A DNA stretch of 56,830 bases from an uncultured virus (IMG/VR IMGVR_UViG_3300032073_000004) (IMGVR_UViG_3300032073_000004:62001-118830); one strand, 5' to 3'. Counted from the stretch's first letter, positions 46,265 to 54,699 are shown. Translations and numbers: made by a program. Notes: generated from the sequence alone by a model not told the origin.

Positions 46265-46651
46265 TTAGCAGCCTTCCCATGACTCCAAATCATCGTCGTT
46301 GTAGGCCATCTCATAAGTATCTGTCTCTTCATTGTACCTAAGAGGCGATAGGTTGTTGTGTCCCATCCACATAGAGCGACAACTAAGCTGCTTTACCGCA
46401 CTTAACATGTCGTCTTTCTCTATCTGTTCTGCTATATCGTGTATTAGGCCCTCGTCTATCCAAGGTTTTATCTTATAATACACCTGATCTAAGTTTACAC
46501 TGGTCCATGACAATGAAGGATCTTCTTTTATCTCTAGTATTTCCGCTGCATAGCAATAGTCTTTAACAATCTGGCTAGTCGGCCAACGGTTGACCAACAC
46601 AATATCACCTATCCTATACATTCCCTTCATCCTTCTCATTAGGTTCCCCAT
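46265..46651 (-). CDS. Small KOW/SH3-like protein (start may be 46621)
   Basis: YRIGDIVLV. Confidence 0.55.
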   Translation of the reverse strand: MGNLMRRMKGMYRIGDIVLVNRWPTSQIVKDYCYAAEILEIKEDPSLSWTSVNLDQVYYKIKPWIDEGLIHDIAEQIEKDDMLSAVKQLSCRSMWMGHNNLSPLRYNEETDTYEMAYNDDDLESWEGC

Positions 46652-46871
46652 CCCAATTTTCCATGTATTGGTAAATAGGTGCCAACTTGACTAACCTCTG
46701 AGGATGCCAATCAACTTTTCCTGATGCGTTGTTTGGAATGACCTTGTAGAACACCTCTTTGTCGTGTGCCCTCTCTGCGACATCTGCGACAATGCCCTTA
46801 AAACCCATTGATGGTGCGCGTTGCATTACTACAACCTCTGTACCGATGCCTATTATCATGCTATTTGTCAT
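46614..46871 (-). CDS. Small KOW/SH3-like protein
   Basis: IGTEVVV...GIV...YKV...W. Confidence 0.55.
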   Translation of the reverse strand: MTNSMIIGIGTEVVVMQRAPSMGFKGIVADVAERAHDKEVFYKVIPNNASGKVDWHPQRLVKLAPIYQYMENWDGEPNEKDEGNV

Positions 46872-47010
46872 ACTGGCTCCACTCTTCGTTGAATACCCAT
46901 CGTCTTACGCCCGTCTTGTTGCTCATCATAAGTGCATGGTCAAAGTACAAGTCCAATACGAGCCACGATGTCTCATCCATTCTTCTTATTAGTAAGTCAC
47001 CTATTTTCAT
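46861..47010 (-). CDS. 49-aa KOW-like protein
   Basis: Below ORF cutoff: MKIGDLLIRR...; AGGAG RBS. Confidence 0.6.
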   Translation of the reverse strand: MKIGDLLIRRMDETSWLVLDLYFDHALMMSNKTGVRRWVFNEEWSQYDK

Positions 47011-47028
47011 GCTGTCTCCTTAATTCTC

Positions 47029-47145
47029 AAAAATTGGGCCGTGTGTTACGAACGCCCTTAGCTTGCTTTATACCCCCCTAGTAGGTAGTAGTACCCACTC
47101 TCCGGGTACCCCCCCGGTGGGGGGTAGGGGTAGGGGGGTGTGCCC
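47029..47145. other. G/C homopolymer cluster, candidate packaging/terminus site
   Basis: C6, GGGTACCC palindrome with C7, G6-TA-G4-TA-G6, flanked by AAAAATT. Confidence 0.4.
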
Positions 47146-47149
47146 TTGC

Positions 47150-47428
47150 TTAGAACACCTCGTCACGCTTGCCCATTTGATATGTCAATGGCCTAAACCA
47201 ATGGCGACCCTTGCATAGGTTAGGGTGCTGCCTCCTGCATGCATCAAGTGGCTTCTCCTTGGTATCTTCTAAGTGTACCTTAACATGCACCGCTTGTGTC
47301 ATGTCAGGATACACGCTGCCATACTTAGTGTTATACTTATACGGCGCAAGGATAGCAGTGAACTCACACAGCATTGCCTTGATCGCACCGCGCTTTAACT
47401 TCTTACTCTTTGTACTTTTTCTAGCCAT
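47150..47428 (-). CDS. Hypothetical basic protein
   Basis: 92 aa, AGGAG RBS, own promoter. Confidence 0.65.
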   Translation of the reverse strand: MARKSTKSKKLKRGAIKAMLCEFTAILAPYKYNTKYGSVYPDMTQAVHVKVHLEDTKEKPLDACRRQHPNLCKGRHWFRPLTYQMGKRDEVF

Positions 47429-47458
47429 GTGATCTCCTAAATGAAATACTTACCTACT

Positions 47459-47487
47459 ATTATACCAAGAATGAACCAGCATGTCAA
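47459..47487 (-). promoter_or_regulatory. sigma70-type promoter
   Basis: TTGACA-17-TATAAT. Confidence 0.85.
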
Positions 47488-47564
47488 GTCTGCTAGGTGT
47501 GCTACTAATAGTTTTCTGTTATGTCTCTCGCATACTTTGAGCCACTGATATGTATGATCGTTCA

Positions 47565-48002
47565 TTATGCTTGCTCCCTTACATATGTCATCACCCATCG
47601 TGATGCATAGTTGTTATATTCTTCTTTGTTTATGTTTATTTTTAATCTACCCGCCAACTTTAGTCCACGCTTCCATGCGTCTAGCTCCTCCGCGATAACT
47701 TCACATCGGTATGCATTGCGGCGCTTGTTGACCTTGCTATCCTTGAAGCGATAGGCAGCGAGGGTAGGGAAACTTTCCTTGTAACCTTTGCTGTTGTACG
47801 CAATCGCATGACCACATTCGTGAAGCAGGGAATAGACTTGGTTCTTCTTGCTCTTGATCTTAGAGTTATAGACAATATGTTTCTCCTCATGTAGATAGGC
47901 ATCAATGCCATAGCTCTTGTATACCTCGAAGCCACGTCTATGTGCCCATGCTTCCAGTTTAGCTAATGCTGTAGTATATTCTTTCTTGTTCATACTTAAC
48001 AA
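47565..48002 (-). CDS. Zincin-like (HExxH) protein
   Basis: LLHECGH...EELDAW.RG. Confidence 0.7.
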   Translation of the reverse strand: MLSMNKKEYTTALAKLEAWAHRRGFEVYKSYGIDAYLHEEKHIVYNSKIKSKKNQVYSLLHECGHAIAYNSKGYKESFPTLAAYRFKDSKVNKRRNAYRCEVIAEELDAWKRGLKLAGRLKININKEEYNNYASRWVMTYVREQA

Positions 48003-48026
48003 ATACCTTCTTTTATGTTATAATTA

Positions 48027-48248
48027 TTATAGTTTTGTTCCCGGCAAAACAGGTTGCTCAGTCTCAGCATCGTATATGATCACGGGGAGGTCTTGTGATC
48101 GAAGCTTGAGCTGAAGTGCTTGCCTAGCATCTTCCAATTCACTGAAGATGGCTACTGTAGTGTGCCCAAAGTGTGGGCTGATGGTCCTTAACTCATAGCG
48201 AGAGAAGGTTACGTTAGGATGTTTTTGTGAATATAGTTTGTTAGTCAT
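48027..48248 (-). CDS. Hypothetical protein
   Basis: 73 aa. Confidence 0.6.
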   Translation of the reverse strand: MTNKLYSQKHPNVTFSRYELRTISPHFGHTTVAIFSELEDARQALQLKLRSQDLPVIIYDAETEQPVLPGTKL

Positions 48249-48249
48249 G

Positions 48250-48573
48250 TTATCGTTCTCCCGCCACAGTATTCATGCGGCTTTCAGGTGCTAAAAAGGT
48301 TTGCCATTCACGGCCATGAAGCTCGGACAGGTCCATAGGCGCACCACGATCATCATAGCGGTTACACATACGCTTGAAGGCGTTGATGTGCTTGCTTGTG
48401 GTTGTGGAATATCTTTCTGCGGTTTCGTGTACGGTTGCGTCACGGTAGTTGACAACTAACACAGGCACACCATAGGAGAAATAAACATCCTTGTCCCAAG
48501 TGAGGTCCAGTTCTTCATCTGGAATTTGCACAATAACGCGAGTTTGGTTCTTACCTAAGTTTTCTAATTTCAT
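48250..48573 (-). CDS. Conserved-type early phage protein
   Basis: NQT...FSYG.PV...YSTTTSKHIN motif. Confidence 0.65.
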   Translation of the reverse strand: MKLENLGKNQTRVIVQIPDEELDLTWDKDVYFSYGVPVLVVNYRDATVHETAERYSTTTSKHINAFKRMCNRYDDRGAPMDLSELHGREWQTFLAPESRMNTVAGER

Positions 48574-48575
48574 AT

Positions 48576-48719
48576 TTACTCCTCTTCATATCCGTCAAAC
48601 CAGCCATCGCCGGAGGTTGCAGGGTCTTTACAGTGGGCTTGTGCTTGTTCGAGAGTTAAACCTCGCTTGATAACACGGTTATTGCCTTTAAAACGAAACC
48701 TAATAATCTTATATGTCAT
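48576..48719 (-). CDS. 47-aa conserved-type phage protein
   Basis: MTYKIIRF...GLTLEQAQAHC.DP..WFDGY; start refined behind GAGGTG. Confidence 0.7.
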   Translation of the reverse strand: MTYKIIRFRFKGNNRVIKRGLTLEQAQAHCKDPATSGDGWFDGYEEE

Positions 48720-48720
48720 A

Positions 48721-49053
48721 TTATCGCACCTCTTCTTTAACTTCAAGTGAATTGTATTCAGGGCTACGTTCGCGAGTAAAGAAATAATACTCGTTGTCAA
48801 AGCTCCCGAAATACAGGGCATGCTCAGGCTGAGGCTCGCGAGCGTCGGGGTAAGCCTGAGTTTCATTTACCATGCTAGCAAGATCACCAATGGTGTGCTT
48901 TGCCTCATGGTGTGTCCACATAAGGCGAGCAATGGCTAGTTCCATGATCTCGCTCTTGGTCAAACACTTGTTGACCATGTATTCGGCCACGGCTTGGCTC
49001 ACCTTGGTTTGATTGACTTTTGTATTGGGGATAGTGAGGTATTTGTTTTCCAT
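48721..49053 (-). CDS. Hypothetical protein
   Basis: 110 aa, AAGGA RBS. Confidence 0.65.
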   Translation of the reverse strand: MENKYLTIPNTKVNQTKVSQAVAEYMVNKCLTKSEIMELAIARLMWTHHEAKHTIGDLASMVNETQAYPDAREPQPEHALYFGSFDNEYYFFTRERSPEYNSLEVKEEVR

Positions 49054-49092
49054 GCTTATTTCCTTTTCGGTTTCGCTGTTTAATATGGGTTA

Positions 49093-49120
49093 ATTATACA
49101 CTTCTGAGCGAGGATTGCAA
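49093..49120 (-). promoter_or_regulatory. sigma70-type promoter
   Basis: TTGCAA-16-TATAAT. Confidence 0.6.
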
Positions 49121-49391
49121 GAACTTTCTTTCCTTATATTCCGGGCACTTACGGATAAAGCGACAATTGAGTGTTTTCGGGGGGTTGCGCGGGAATGCTG
49201 GGACTTACGTGGATCTCCATTGAGGGCAGATCTGCATCGCCATGTCGCACTAGCATTAAAAAGACACCCACAACTAGAGTAGGTTTAGTCATGGGTGCCT
49301 CAAAGATAAGGGGGTTTGATCCTAGCCCCTATCATATGTTGTTAAGGCTCGCCGAGCGTAGGAGGGGAACAGCGACATGCCTAACTTAAAC

Positions 49392-49420
49392 ATTATATCA
49401 TGACGACGAGGGTATGTTAA
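49392..49420 (-). promoter_or_regulatory. sigma70-type promoter
   Basis: TTAACA-17-TATAAT, extended TG. Confidence 0.6.
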
Positions 49421-49507
49421 GTGGTGACGACGTTATTTGTTACTCTTTTTTAACGCAGTGCGTATATACTATGTAACGTGCGTGTGCTAGATACATGGCA
49501 TAGTTCA

Positions 49508-49562
49508 CCACCATTTACCACTTTATTCCACAGAATACCACTAAAGTAGCAACCCCTACCAC
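49508..49562 (-). repeat. GTGG direct repeats at 10-bp period (MraZ-operator-like)
   Basis: CCAC at 49508, 49518, 49528, 49538 and 49559. Confidence 0.6.
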
Positions 49563-49593
49563 AGGGCATGCAAAGCTATCACCCATCTTTTAG

Positions 49594-49782
49594 CTACTCA
49601 TCATCATCTTCTTTATCGGCATCGAGCTCCGCAGCAAGCATCTCTTTAAAGTGTTTAAGCATAGTCTCAGTACCAACAATGGGCATGCCTTGTATAGACT
49701 CAGTTACCATCTTCTGCTCATAGTCTCTTATCCTATACTCAAGGTATTCTATCTTCTTTTCTTTCTCTTCTCTATTAGTCAT
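49594..49782 (-). CDS. Hypothetical protein
   Basis: 62 aa. Confidence 0.6.
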   Translation of the reverse strand: MTNREEKEKKIEYLEYRIRDYEQKMVTESIQGMPIVGTETMLKHFKEMLAAELDADKEDDDE

Positions 49783-50029
49783 CTTCTTCTACTTTCTTTA
49801 ATTTAAACTCTTGTAGACCATAATGCTCAGGGTTACTCAGTATGTCCCTACACTTGTCTTTCCATATAAGCTTCTGTATGTATACTTGTACCCATTGCCT
49901 ATTCTCATAGGAACCTCTTTGGTCTGGTTCTAGACCTAGCTTCCTTCTCTTATCCTCTGGTACTGAGTTGTACCTTGTACTATACTCTGCTTCTACTTCT
50001 TTTACTATTTCATTCCAGCTTTTTATCAT
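49775..50029 (-). CDS. Hypothetical protein
   Basis: 84 aa. Confidence 0.6.
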   Translation of the reverse strand: MIKSWNEIVKEVEAEYSTRYNSVPEDKRRKLGLEPDQRGSYENRQWVQVYIQKLIWKDKCRDILSNPEHYGLQEFKLKKVEEDD

Positions 50030-50040
50030 GATACTTACTC

Positions 50041-50301
50041 CTACCCAAGTATAATGTTGTCTGTGTTCTTCATGTACTTTACATGTACTAATTCTATTTT
50101 ATTATTTACTAATACCCTATAGCATTTATTCTTTATATCCCTCGGGTCATTCCATTCTTCTCCCGCCCATTCTAGGACGATGCCCACTGTGCCATGTAGT
50201 CGCATCTTGCTGAATACTCCAAGCTCTTCGTACAGGCTGTCTCTTGGTGTGGTATCCCTAATGGAAACCAAGTCACCCTTCTTAAACGTGTTCTCTTGCA
50301 T
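50041..50301 (-). CDS. Small KOW/SH3-like protein
   Basis: FKKGDLV...VGIVL...YRV. Confidence 0.6.
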   Translation of the reverse strand: MQENTFKKGDLVSIRDTTPRDSLYEELGVFSKMRLHGTVGIVLEWAGEEWNDPRDIKNKCYRVLVNNKIELVHVKYMKNTDNIILG

Positions 50302-50313
50302 TGGTGTTCTCTC

Positions 50314-50976
50314 TTATAGGTTTATAAGCTTAAAGTATAAGTTCATTCTTCTTATAAACTGACTATGTTTCTTTGTCCATCCGCCAAACCTTACACCAAC
50401 GTGGTCCGGGTCGCAATGAAGGTATCCGTTCTCGGTGCATATGGCGACATGGACGAGCTCGTGGACAAAGCTTGTGTTATGTAATTTGATGTTCTTTGCC
50501 CCTCTCGTTGACACCCATATCCTTGCACCATTTCCCAACGTCAACCCATGCAGTGGAGTCTCCCTCAAGAAACGCCCTTTCGAGTCGTATACGTTTTGCG
50601 CGACAAGCTTCCTTGAGCTAAACTCTATCTCAAGAGAGCGCAAGTCGTCTAAGAGTTGTTGCCTTGTCTCGTCCGTGTGGCAGAAGCCCTCGTCCACCCA
50701 AAAGGAATAGAACAAAGATAGACCCATTGCCAAGTCAAACTTGTCAACAGGGAAGAAGCAAGAGTCTTGCTCTAGCGTTGCATTACCGAAGCCAACGATA
50801 GTAGACTTGGCTGTCCTGAGACACTTTCTATCATCTTCGAAGGTGTGAATGAAGCCTGTCTTGACATAGTTGCTCCACTCACTGTGGTAAAAGCCATACT
50901 GGTCTGCTTGCGGCGTGTAGGCCGAGGCAAGGAATAGTATGGTTGCTGCAATGTATGCTTTCATCATCTTCCTCAT
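50314..50976 (-). CDS. Exported zincin-like protein
   Basis: N-terminal signal-like segment, FVHELVH. Confidence 0.65.
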   Translation of the reverse strand: MRKMMKAYIAATILFLASAYTPQADQYGFYHSEWSNYVKTGFIHTFEDDRKCLRTAKSTIVGFGNATLEQDSCFFPVDKFDLAMGLSLFYSFWVDEGFCHTDETRQQLLDDLRSLEIEFSSRKLVAQNVYDSKGRFLRETPLHGLTLGNGARIWVSTRGAKNIKLHNTSFVHELVHVAICTENGYLHCDPDHVGVRFGGWTKKHSQFIRRMNLYFKLINL

Positions 50977-51191
50977 CTTTCCATGATGATAAAGGCTAGC
51001 ATGGCCAAGTAGATAACTGTAAAGATGGCGTCTGTGCTCCTCTTAAACAAATAATATGTATAAAGCTTTAAGCCCGTCAATGTTAGCATGGCAAAGATGA
51101 ATAGTTGCGTGTGCCCTGTGAACAAGGTTAGCAACATAGCAATGATGGCCATGAGTTGTAGGCGGTTTATTAGTGTTTCGTTTATTTTCAT
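50973..51191 (-). CDS. Small multi-TM membrane protein
   Basis: Hydrophobic; start refined behind AGGAG. Confidence 0.6.
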   Translation of the reverse strand: MKINETLINRLQLMAIIAMLLTLFTGHTQLFIFAMLTLTGLKLYTYYLFKRSTDAIFTVIYLAMLAFIIMER

Positions 51192-51202
51192 ATGTACTCC
51201 TG

Positions 51203-51475
51203 TTACTTTACTGCCCGAAAAACATAGTCGGTTATCCACTTCGAGCAGGTTGGCCCTTCCTTGACAGCTATCTTCAAGAGGCTACGGTAGTAGCTTTCAA
51301 GACTCTCATGATGCCATATGGACTTGCCTGTTCTATTCTTTTCACGCGAACATGAGCGGTGAAACTCTATCTTCTCTTGCAAGAAGGATATATGTTCCTC
51401 GTAACCCTCACGCAATAGGGCTGTTCGCTCATCATATGATAAGGTATCTTCCATTTTATCTTCGCTATCTGACAT
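51203..51475 (-). CDS. Hypothetical protein
   Basis: 90 aa, GAGG RBS. Confidence 0.6.
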   Translation of the reverse strand: MSDSEDKMEDTLSYDERTALLREGYEEHISFLQEKIEFHRSCSREKNRTGKSIWHHESLESYYRSLLKIAVKEGPTCSKWITDYVFRAVK

Positions 51476-51614
51476 ATTATGCCTCTGTTTGGAAAAAATT
51501 TGGGGCGAAAAGCTTTTTAGTCTGAGGACAAAAGCTCCCTTGCCTCCAACATAATCTTTTCTGCCGCGATGAGAGCCACGACATACCCGGCGAGTGCTGT
51601 CTCGATGAGTGCCG

Positions 51615-51917
51615 TTAACATGCCATCATCCTCATTTTATTTTGACGTCTGGCTGCAGCCTCAATAACATTAAGACCGGCAGAGATAGCTACGTTATCTC
51701 CCATCGGGTCGCGCAATTGAGCCTCAAGGCGAGCGTCAATGTAATCGGAGAGAGTGAAGCCAAGGTTTGTGAACATGTATTTCTCATCCTTCAGGCCTGA
51801 ATAGTATTTATCGTGGTAGGTAAAATACTCCAAAAGGCTATCCCCTTGTTGTAATAGTTTTAACTTTTTTCTTTCCTGCTGACTTTTTACGGGCAGCTTC
51901 TTTTTCTTAAAAGGCAT
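51615..51917 (-). CDS. Hypothetical protein
   Basis: 100 aa, GAGGAG RBS. Confidence 0.6.
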   Translation of the reverse strand: MPFKKKKLPVKSQQERKKLKLLQQGDSLLEYFTYHDKYYSGLKDEKYMFTNLGFTLSDYIDARLEAQLRDPMGDNVAISAGLNVIEAAARRQNKMRMMAC

Positions 51918-51934
51918 TTATACTCCTCTCAGTG

Positions 51935-52081
51935 TTAATAAAGAACAACAACACCAGTGGCGTGTAATACTGTAATGATGCCGAAGGCCGTTGCAGCTCC
52001 TCGCAAATACCATCGACTCAAGTCTGACAACGTGGCAAATAGCGCCATTGCCACTTTCTTTGTATCAATTTCTACGTTCAT
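51935..52081 (-). CDS. 48-aa membrane protein
   Basis: Below cutoff; ATGA overlap with the upstream gene; hydrophobic C-terminus. Confidence 0.5.
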   Translation of the reverse strand: MNVEIDTKKVAMALFATLSDLSRWYLRGAATAFGIITVLHATGVVVLY

Positions 52082-52305
52082 AACTTTGTACCATTCCTTT
52101 CGCAAACAAGATCAGTGTCGTGCTTTTTCTCGACAACACTTGTTGACATATAGTTAATTATGCCCTGCAAGGCATTAATTGAGGTTTTCATCTTCTTTTT
52201 GTGGTTATCATCAGCAGTGGTAAAGTGCTCAGAGCCTATTTCTTCGTGCATCTGTTTCAGAATTTCCTTAATCTGATCTTGATATTTTATTAATGTCCTA
52301 AACAT
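52078..52305 (-). CDS. Hypothetical protein
   Basis: Start refined behind AGGAG. Confidence 0.55.
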   Translation of the reverse strand: MFRTLIKYQDQIKEILKQMHEEIGSEHFTTADDNHKKKMKTSINALQGIINYMSTSVVEKKHDTDLVCERNGTKL

Positions 52306-52523
52306 TGCTGGCTCTCCTGAGTGGGTCTTGATATTAGTTCTAAGTCTTGGTATGGAACACACTTAACTGTCCCTATCTCGTCCTCGATGAAGGTGTCTAG
52401 CACATACACTAGGACAACTGCCTTGCCTCTCTTCTCCTCAACATCCTTTACTATACCCAATGGAATAGATTTTGGATACTTCGCATAACCAACAAGATCA
52501 TTCTTTTCAAATTTATTAAACAT
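52290..52523 (-). CDS. Small KOW/SH3-like protein
   Basis: FEKNDLV...LGIV. Confidence 0.6.
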   Translation of the reverse strand: MFNKFEKNDLVGYAKYPKSIPLGIVKDVEEKRGKAVVLVYVLDTFIEDEIGTVKCVPYQDLELISRPTQESQQCLGH

Positions 52524-52532
52524 ATTCTGTCC

Positions 52533-52561
52533 ATTCTATCACACTTTGGTAACATTGTAAA
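52533..52561 (-). promoter_or_regulatory. sigma70-type promoter (near-leaderless)
   Basis: TTTACA-17-TAGAAT. Confidence 0.7.
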
Positions 52562-52564
52562 GCA

Positions 52565-52699
52565 TTATTCTTCTCTTACTTTTTCTCTGCAAATGTTACG
52601 GTTCTTTTCTTTCTTCTTGTCCTTGAATATTTGGTTCTTATGATCGTTCAACTTGGGGACAAGAGGGTTTCTTGGTAGTCTTTCTTTGCTTTTTGTCAT
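52565..52699 (-). CDS. 44-aa basic protein
   Basis: Below cutoff: MTKSKERLPRNPLV...FKDKKK...; starts 2 nt after the iscA stop. Confidence 0.6.
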   Translation of the reverse strand: MTKSKERLPRNPLVPKLNDHKNQIFKDKKKEKNRNICREKVREE

Positions 52700-52701
52700 G
52701 A

Positions 52702-53037
52702 TCATACCCCGAAAGAACTTCCACAACCACACTTCTTCTTGGCGTTTGGATTTATAAACTGAAAGCCGCTGGCCATAAAGCTCGTTCCGTAGTCAAGCGT
52801 AGTCCCTTCTAGCACCACCGCACTGTAACCATCAACAACAACCTTTAAACCAGATACCTCTGTGATGTGATCGTGATCGAAACTCTCGGTGTCTATCTCC
52901 AGCTTGTATTGAAGCCCGGAACAGCCGCCGCCCTGAATGGCTGCTCTAAGGAATGAACCTTCTTTGCCCTCTACTTCGATAGCTTCCTTGGCCTTCTCTA
53001 TTGCGGCCTCAGTTAATGTCAGTGGGAAATTACTCAC
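52702..53037 (-). CDS. iscA: A-type Fe-S carrier (IscA/HesB/ErpA family)
   Basis: LTEAA, GGGCSGLQY, GTTLDY, NPNA..CGCGSSF. Confidence 0.92.
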   Translation of the reverse strand: MSNFPLTLTEAAIEKAKEAIEVEGKEGSFLRAAIQGGGCSGLQYKLEIDTESFDHDHITEVSGLKVVVDGYSAVVLEGTTLDYGTSFMASGFQFINPNAKKKCGCGSSFGV

Positions 53038-53221
53038 GCTCTTTCTTCCTCATTGCTGTTAAAAACAATTCTGCATGTGTTCGATATTTAAAGTCTGCTA
53101 TGCTAGAATTATATATGTCTCCTGCAGAATCTGTCAACACTCGGTATACCGTATATCCACCGGGGCCAAATGTTGTGTTGTACCCAAAAGTACCTGGCTT
53201 GTTTCCAACGTCATATTTCAT
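53030..53221 (-). CDS. Hypothetical protein
   Basis: 63 aa, GAGG RBS. Confidence 0.55.
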   Translation of the reverse strand: MKYDVGNKPGTFGYNTTFGPGGYTVYRVLTDSAGDIYNSSIADFKYRTHAELFLTAMRKKERE

Positions 53222-53329
53222 AACAAATACCTCATGGCGAATGCGTCAATATATAAACAAGAAGATTACAACCTGCTATCAAAAGAGTTATGTATAAAAA
53301 GATCGCGGCGTGTCCGTCCATACATATAA

Positions 53330-53647
53330 TTAGTACACTTCTTGGAATTCAAGAGTATCGTCCAAGTCAAGCTCTGGCGGCTCGTCACCCGGATCGATGG
53401 TTGCGTCAGCCGACAGAACCGCTGCACCATACTTCTTTGCTGCAGCAACCTTTGCTGCTCTGACAACTTCATTAACAGCATAGTTCCTGTCCACTTCCAC
53501 AACGATGTTGCAAAACTCGGGAAACCATTCGTCTCCCACGTTGTTCACAACTCCCGTCCTGCTTGCCCAAGTAATGTTTCTCAGAGTCACAACGTACTCT
53601 TTCTCCAGGGGCATATCAAATACATCAATTTTACTTGTCACGATCAT
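53330..53647 (-). CDS. Hypothetical acidic protein (start uncertain)
   Basis: ORF track 53330..53689. Confidence 0.55.
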   Translation of the reverse strand: MIVTSKIDVFDMPLEKEYVVTLRNITWASRTGVVNNVGDEWFPEFCNIVVEVDRNYAVNEVVRAAKVAAAKKYGAAVLSADATIDPGDEPPELDLDDTLEFQEVY

Positions 53648-53705
53648 ACTCCATAGTTTTGCAAATACAAATATAAAACAACATTCCAACTATTATCCAT
53701 TCCAT
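53631..53705 (-). CDS. 24-aa hydrophobic micro-protein
   Basis: MEWIIVGMLFYICICKTMEYDRDK with GAGG RBS. Confidence 0.4.
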   Translation of the reverse strand: MEWIIVGMLFYICICKTMEYDRDK

Positions 53706-53761
53706 ACTAAACCTCTATTCCGTATAACATCAATATAAAATAATAAATGAACACCAAGAAC

Positions 53762-54109
53762 TCATACATCCTTCGATTCTCCACCTTCTTCTGCGACAGG
53801 CTCAACCTCGGTGATGTAAGACGTCAAGTACTCAGTCATTATCGTCTTTCCTGGTTGCACTTGCCAACACACTCTAACACCTTCTGGCATCTCTTCGTAA
53901 CTGTCTCCTCCCCAGCCGCCCATTGAAATACCAGTCTTAATAACAATCCCAATCCACTTGTCCGTGTGAGGCCCATACCAATATTCCATGTCACTCATGT
54001 TCGCCGGGCCAGGGGCACTCTGCCTCTCAGACAGGCTCATCTCGTAAAAGCGGCGCTTGAAGCGAACCAAGTCTCCCACTTTAGGCTTGTACTCCATCAT
54101 GAGCCCCAT
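53762..54109 (-). CDS. Small KOW/SH3-like protein
   Basis: KVGDLVRF...IGIVI...V.W. Confidence 0.6.
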   Translation of the reverse strand: MGLMMEYKPKVGDLVRFKRRFYEMSLSERQSAPGPANMSDMEYWYGPHTDKWIGIVIKTGISMGGWGGDSYEEMPEGVRVCWQVQPGKTIMTEYLTSYITEVEPVAEEGGESKDV

Positions 54110-54468
54110 CGGTTCTCATCACTAATAAGCTTCCACCAGTCTGACCTCTTGGTCACACCACGAATGTGCTTATGACGGATAAAGAACCGTCGGTACATGC
54201 CTTTTCGACCCTCGGTAGGGAGGAAGGTGCAGTGGTTCTCAGGAACCAACACTAAGCAGCCCCTTGGGGTTGCTGCAAAGCTATTGTCGTTAACGACCTC
54301 CGCCAAAATATGAGGATCAACCTCCCTCTCACCCGCTTTACGGATGAACTTAGGCTTAGTGCCATGTACGTCTACGAGCTTAATGCACTCGATAGACGAG
54401 CCGTCAGGACGCATATCGCCCATGATCTTTTCTACCATATCTCTAGCTAAGAAGTCTGCTGCTCTCAT
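54097..54468 (-). CDS. Hypothetical protein
   Basis: 123 aa, GGAGG RBS. Confidence 0.65.
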   Translation of the reverse strand: MRAADFLARDMVEKIMGDMRPDGSSIECIKLVDVHGTKPKFIRKAGEREVDPHILAEVVNDNSFAATPRGCLVLVPENHCTFLPTEGRKGMYRRFFIRHKHIRGVTKRSDWWKLISDENRWGS

Positions 54469-54477
54469 AATATCCTC

Positions 54478-54690
54478 CTATGACTCAATGGTGGTTTCGT
54501 AATAAGCATCATCATCATCTGTGATGCGAATGGTACATTGGGAATGCTCCGATGCTACCTCCCTGGCAAGTGATAGTGCCTCTTCTTCTGAGGCGATATC
54601 CTCTTTCAAAACTTCCCAAGATGGGTCATCAGATAGTCGCCCATTGGTGGATGCCCAAGGGCAATACTTGATACCTACTTTATATGCCAT
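54478..54690 (-). CDS. Hypothetical protein
   Basis: 70 aa, AGGAG RBS. Confidence 0.65.
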   Translation of the reverse strand: MAYKVGIKYCPWASTNGRLSDDPSWEVLKEDIASEEEALSLAREVASEHSQCTIRITDDDDAYYETTIES

Positions 54691-54699
54691 GACATCTCC

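Noticed and set aside
49171..49389. 72-aa plus-strand ORF in the non-coding hub
   Set aside because: Opposes the local promoters, has no RBS, and has atypical composition.
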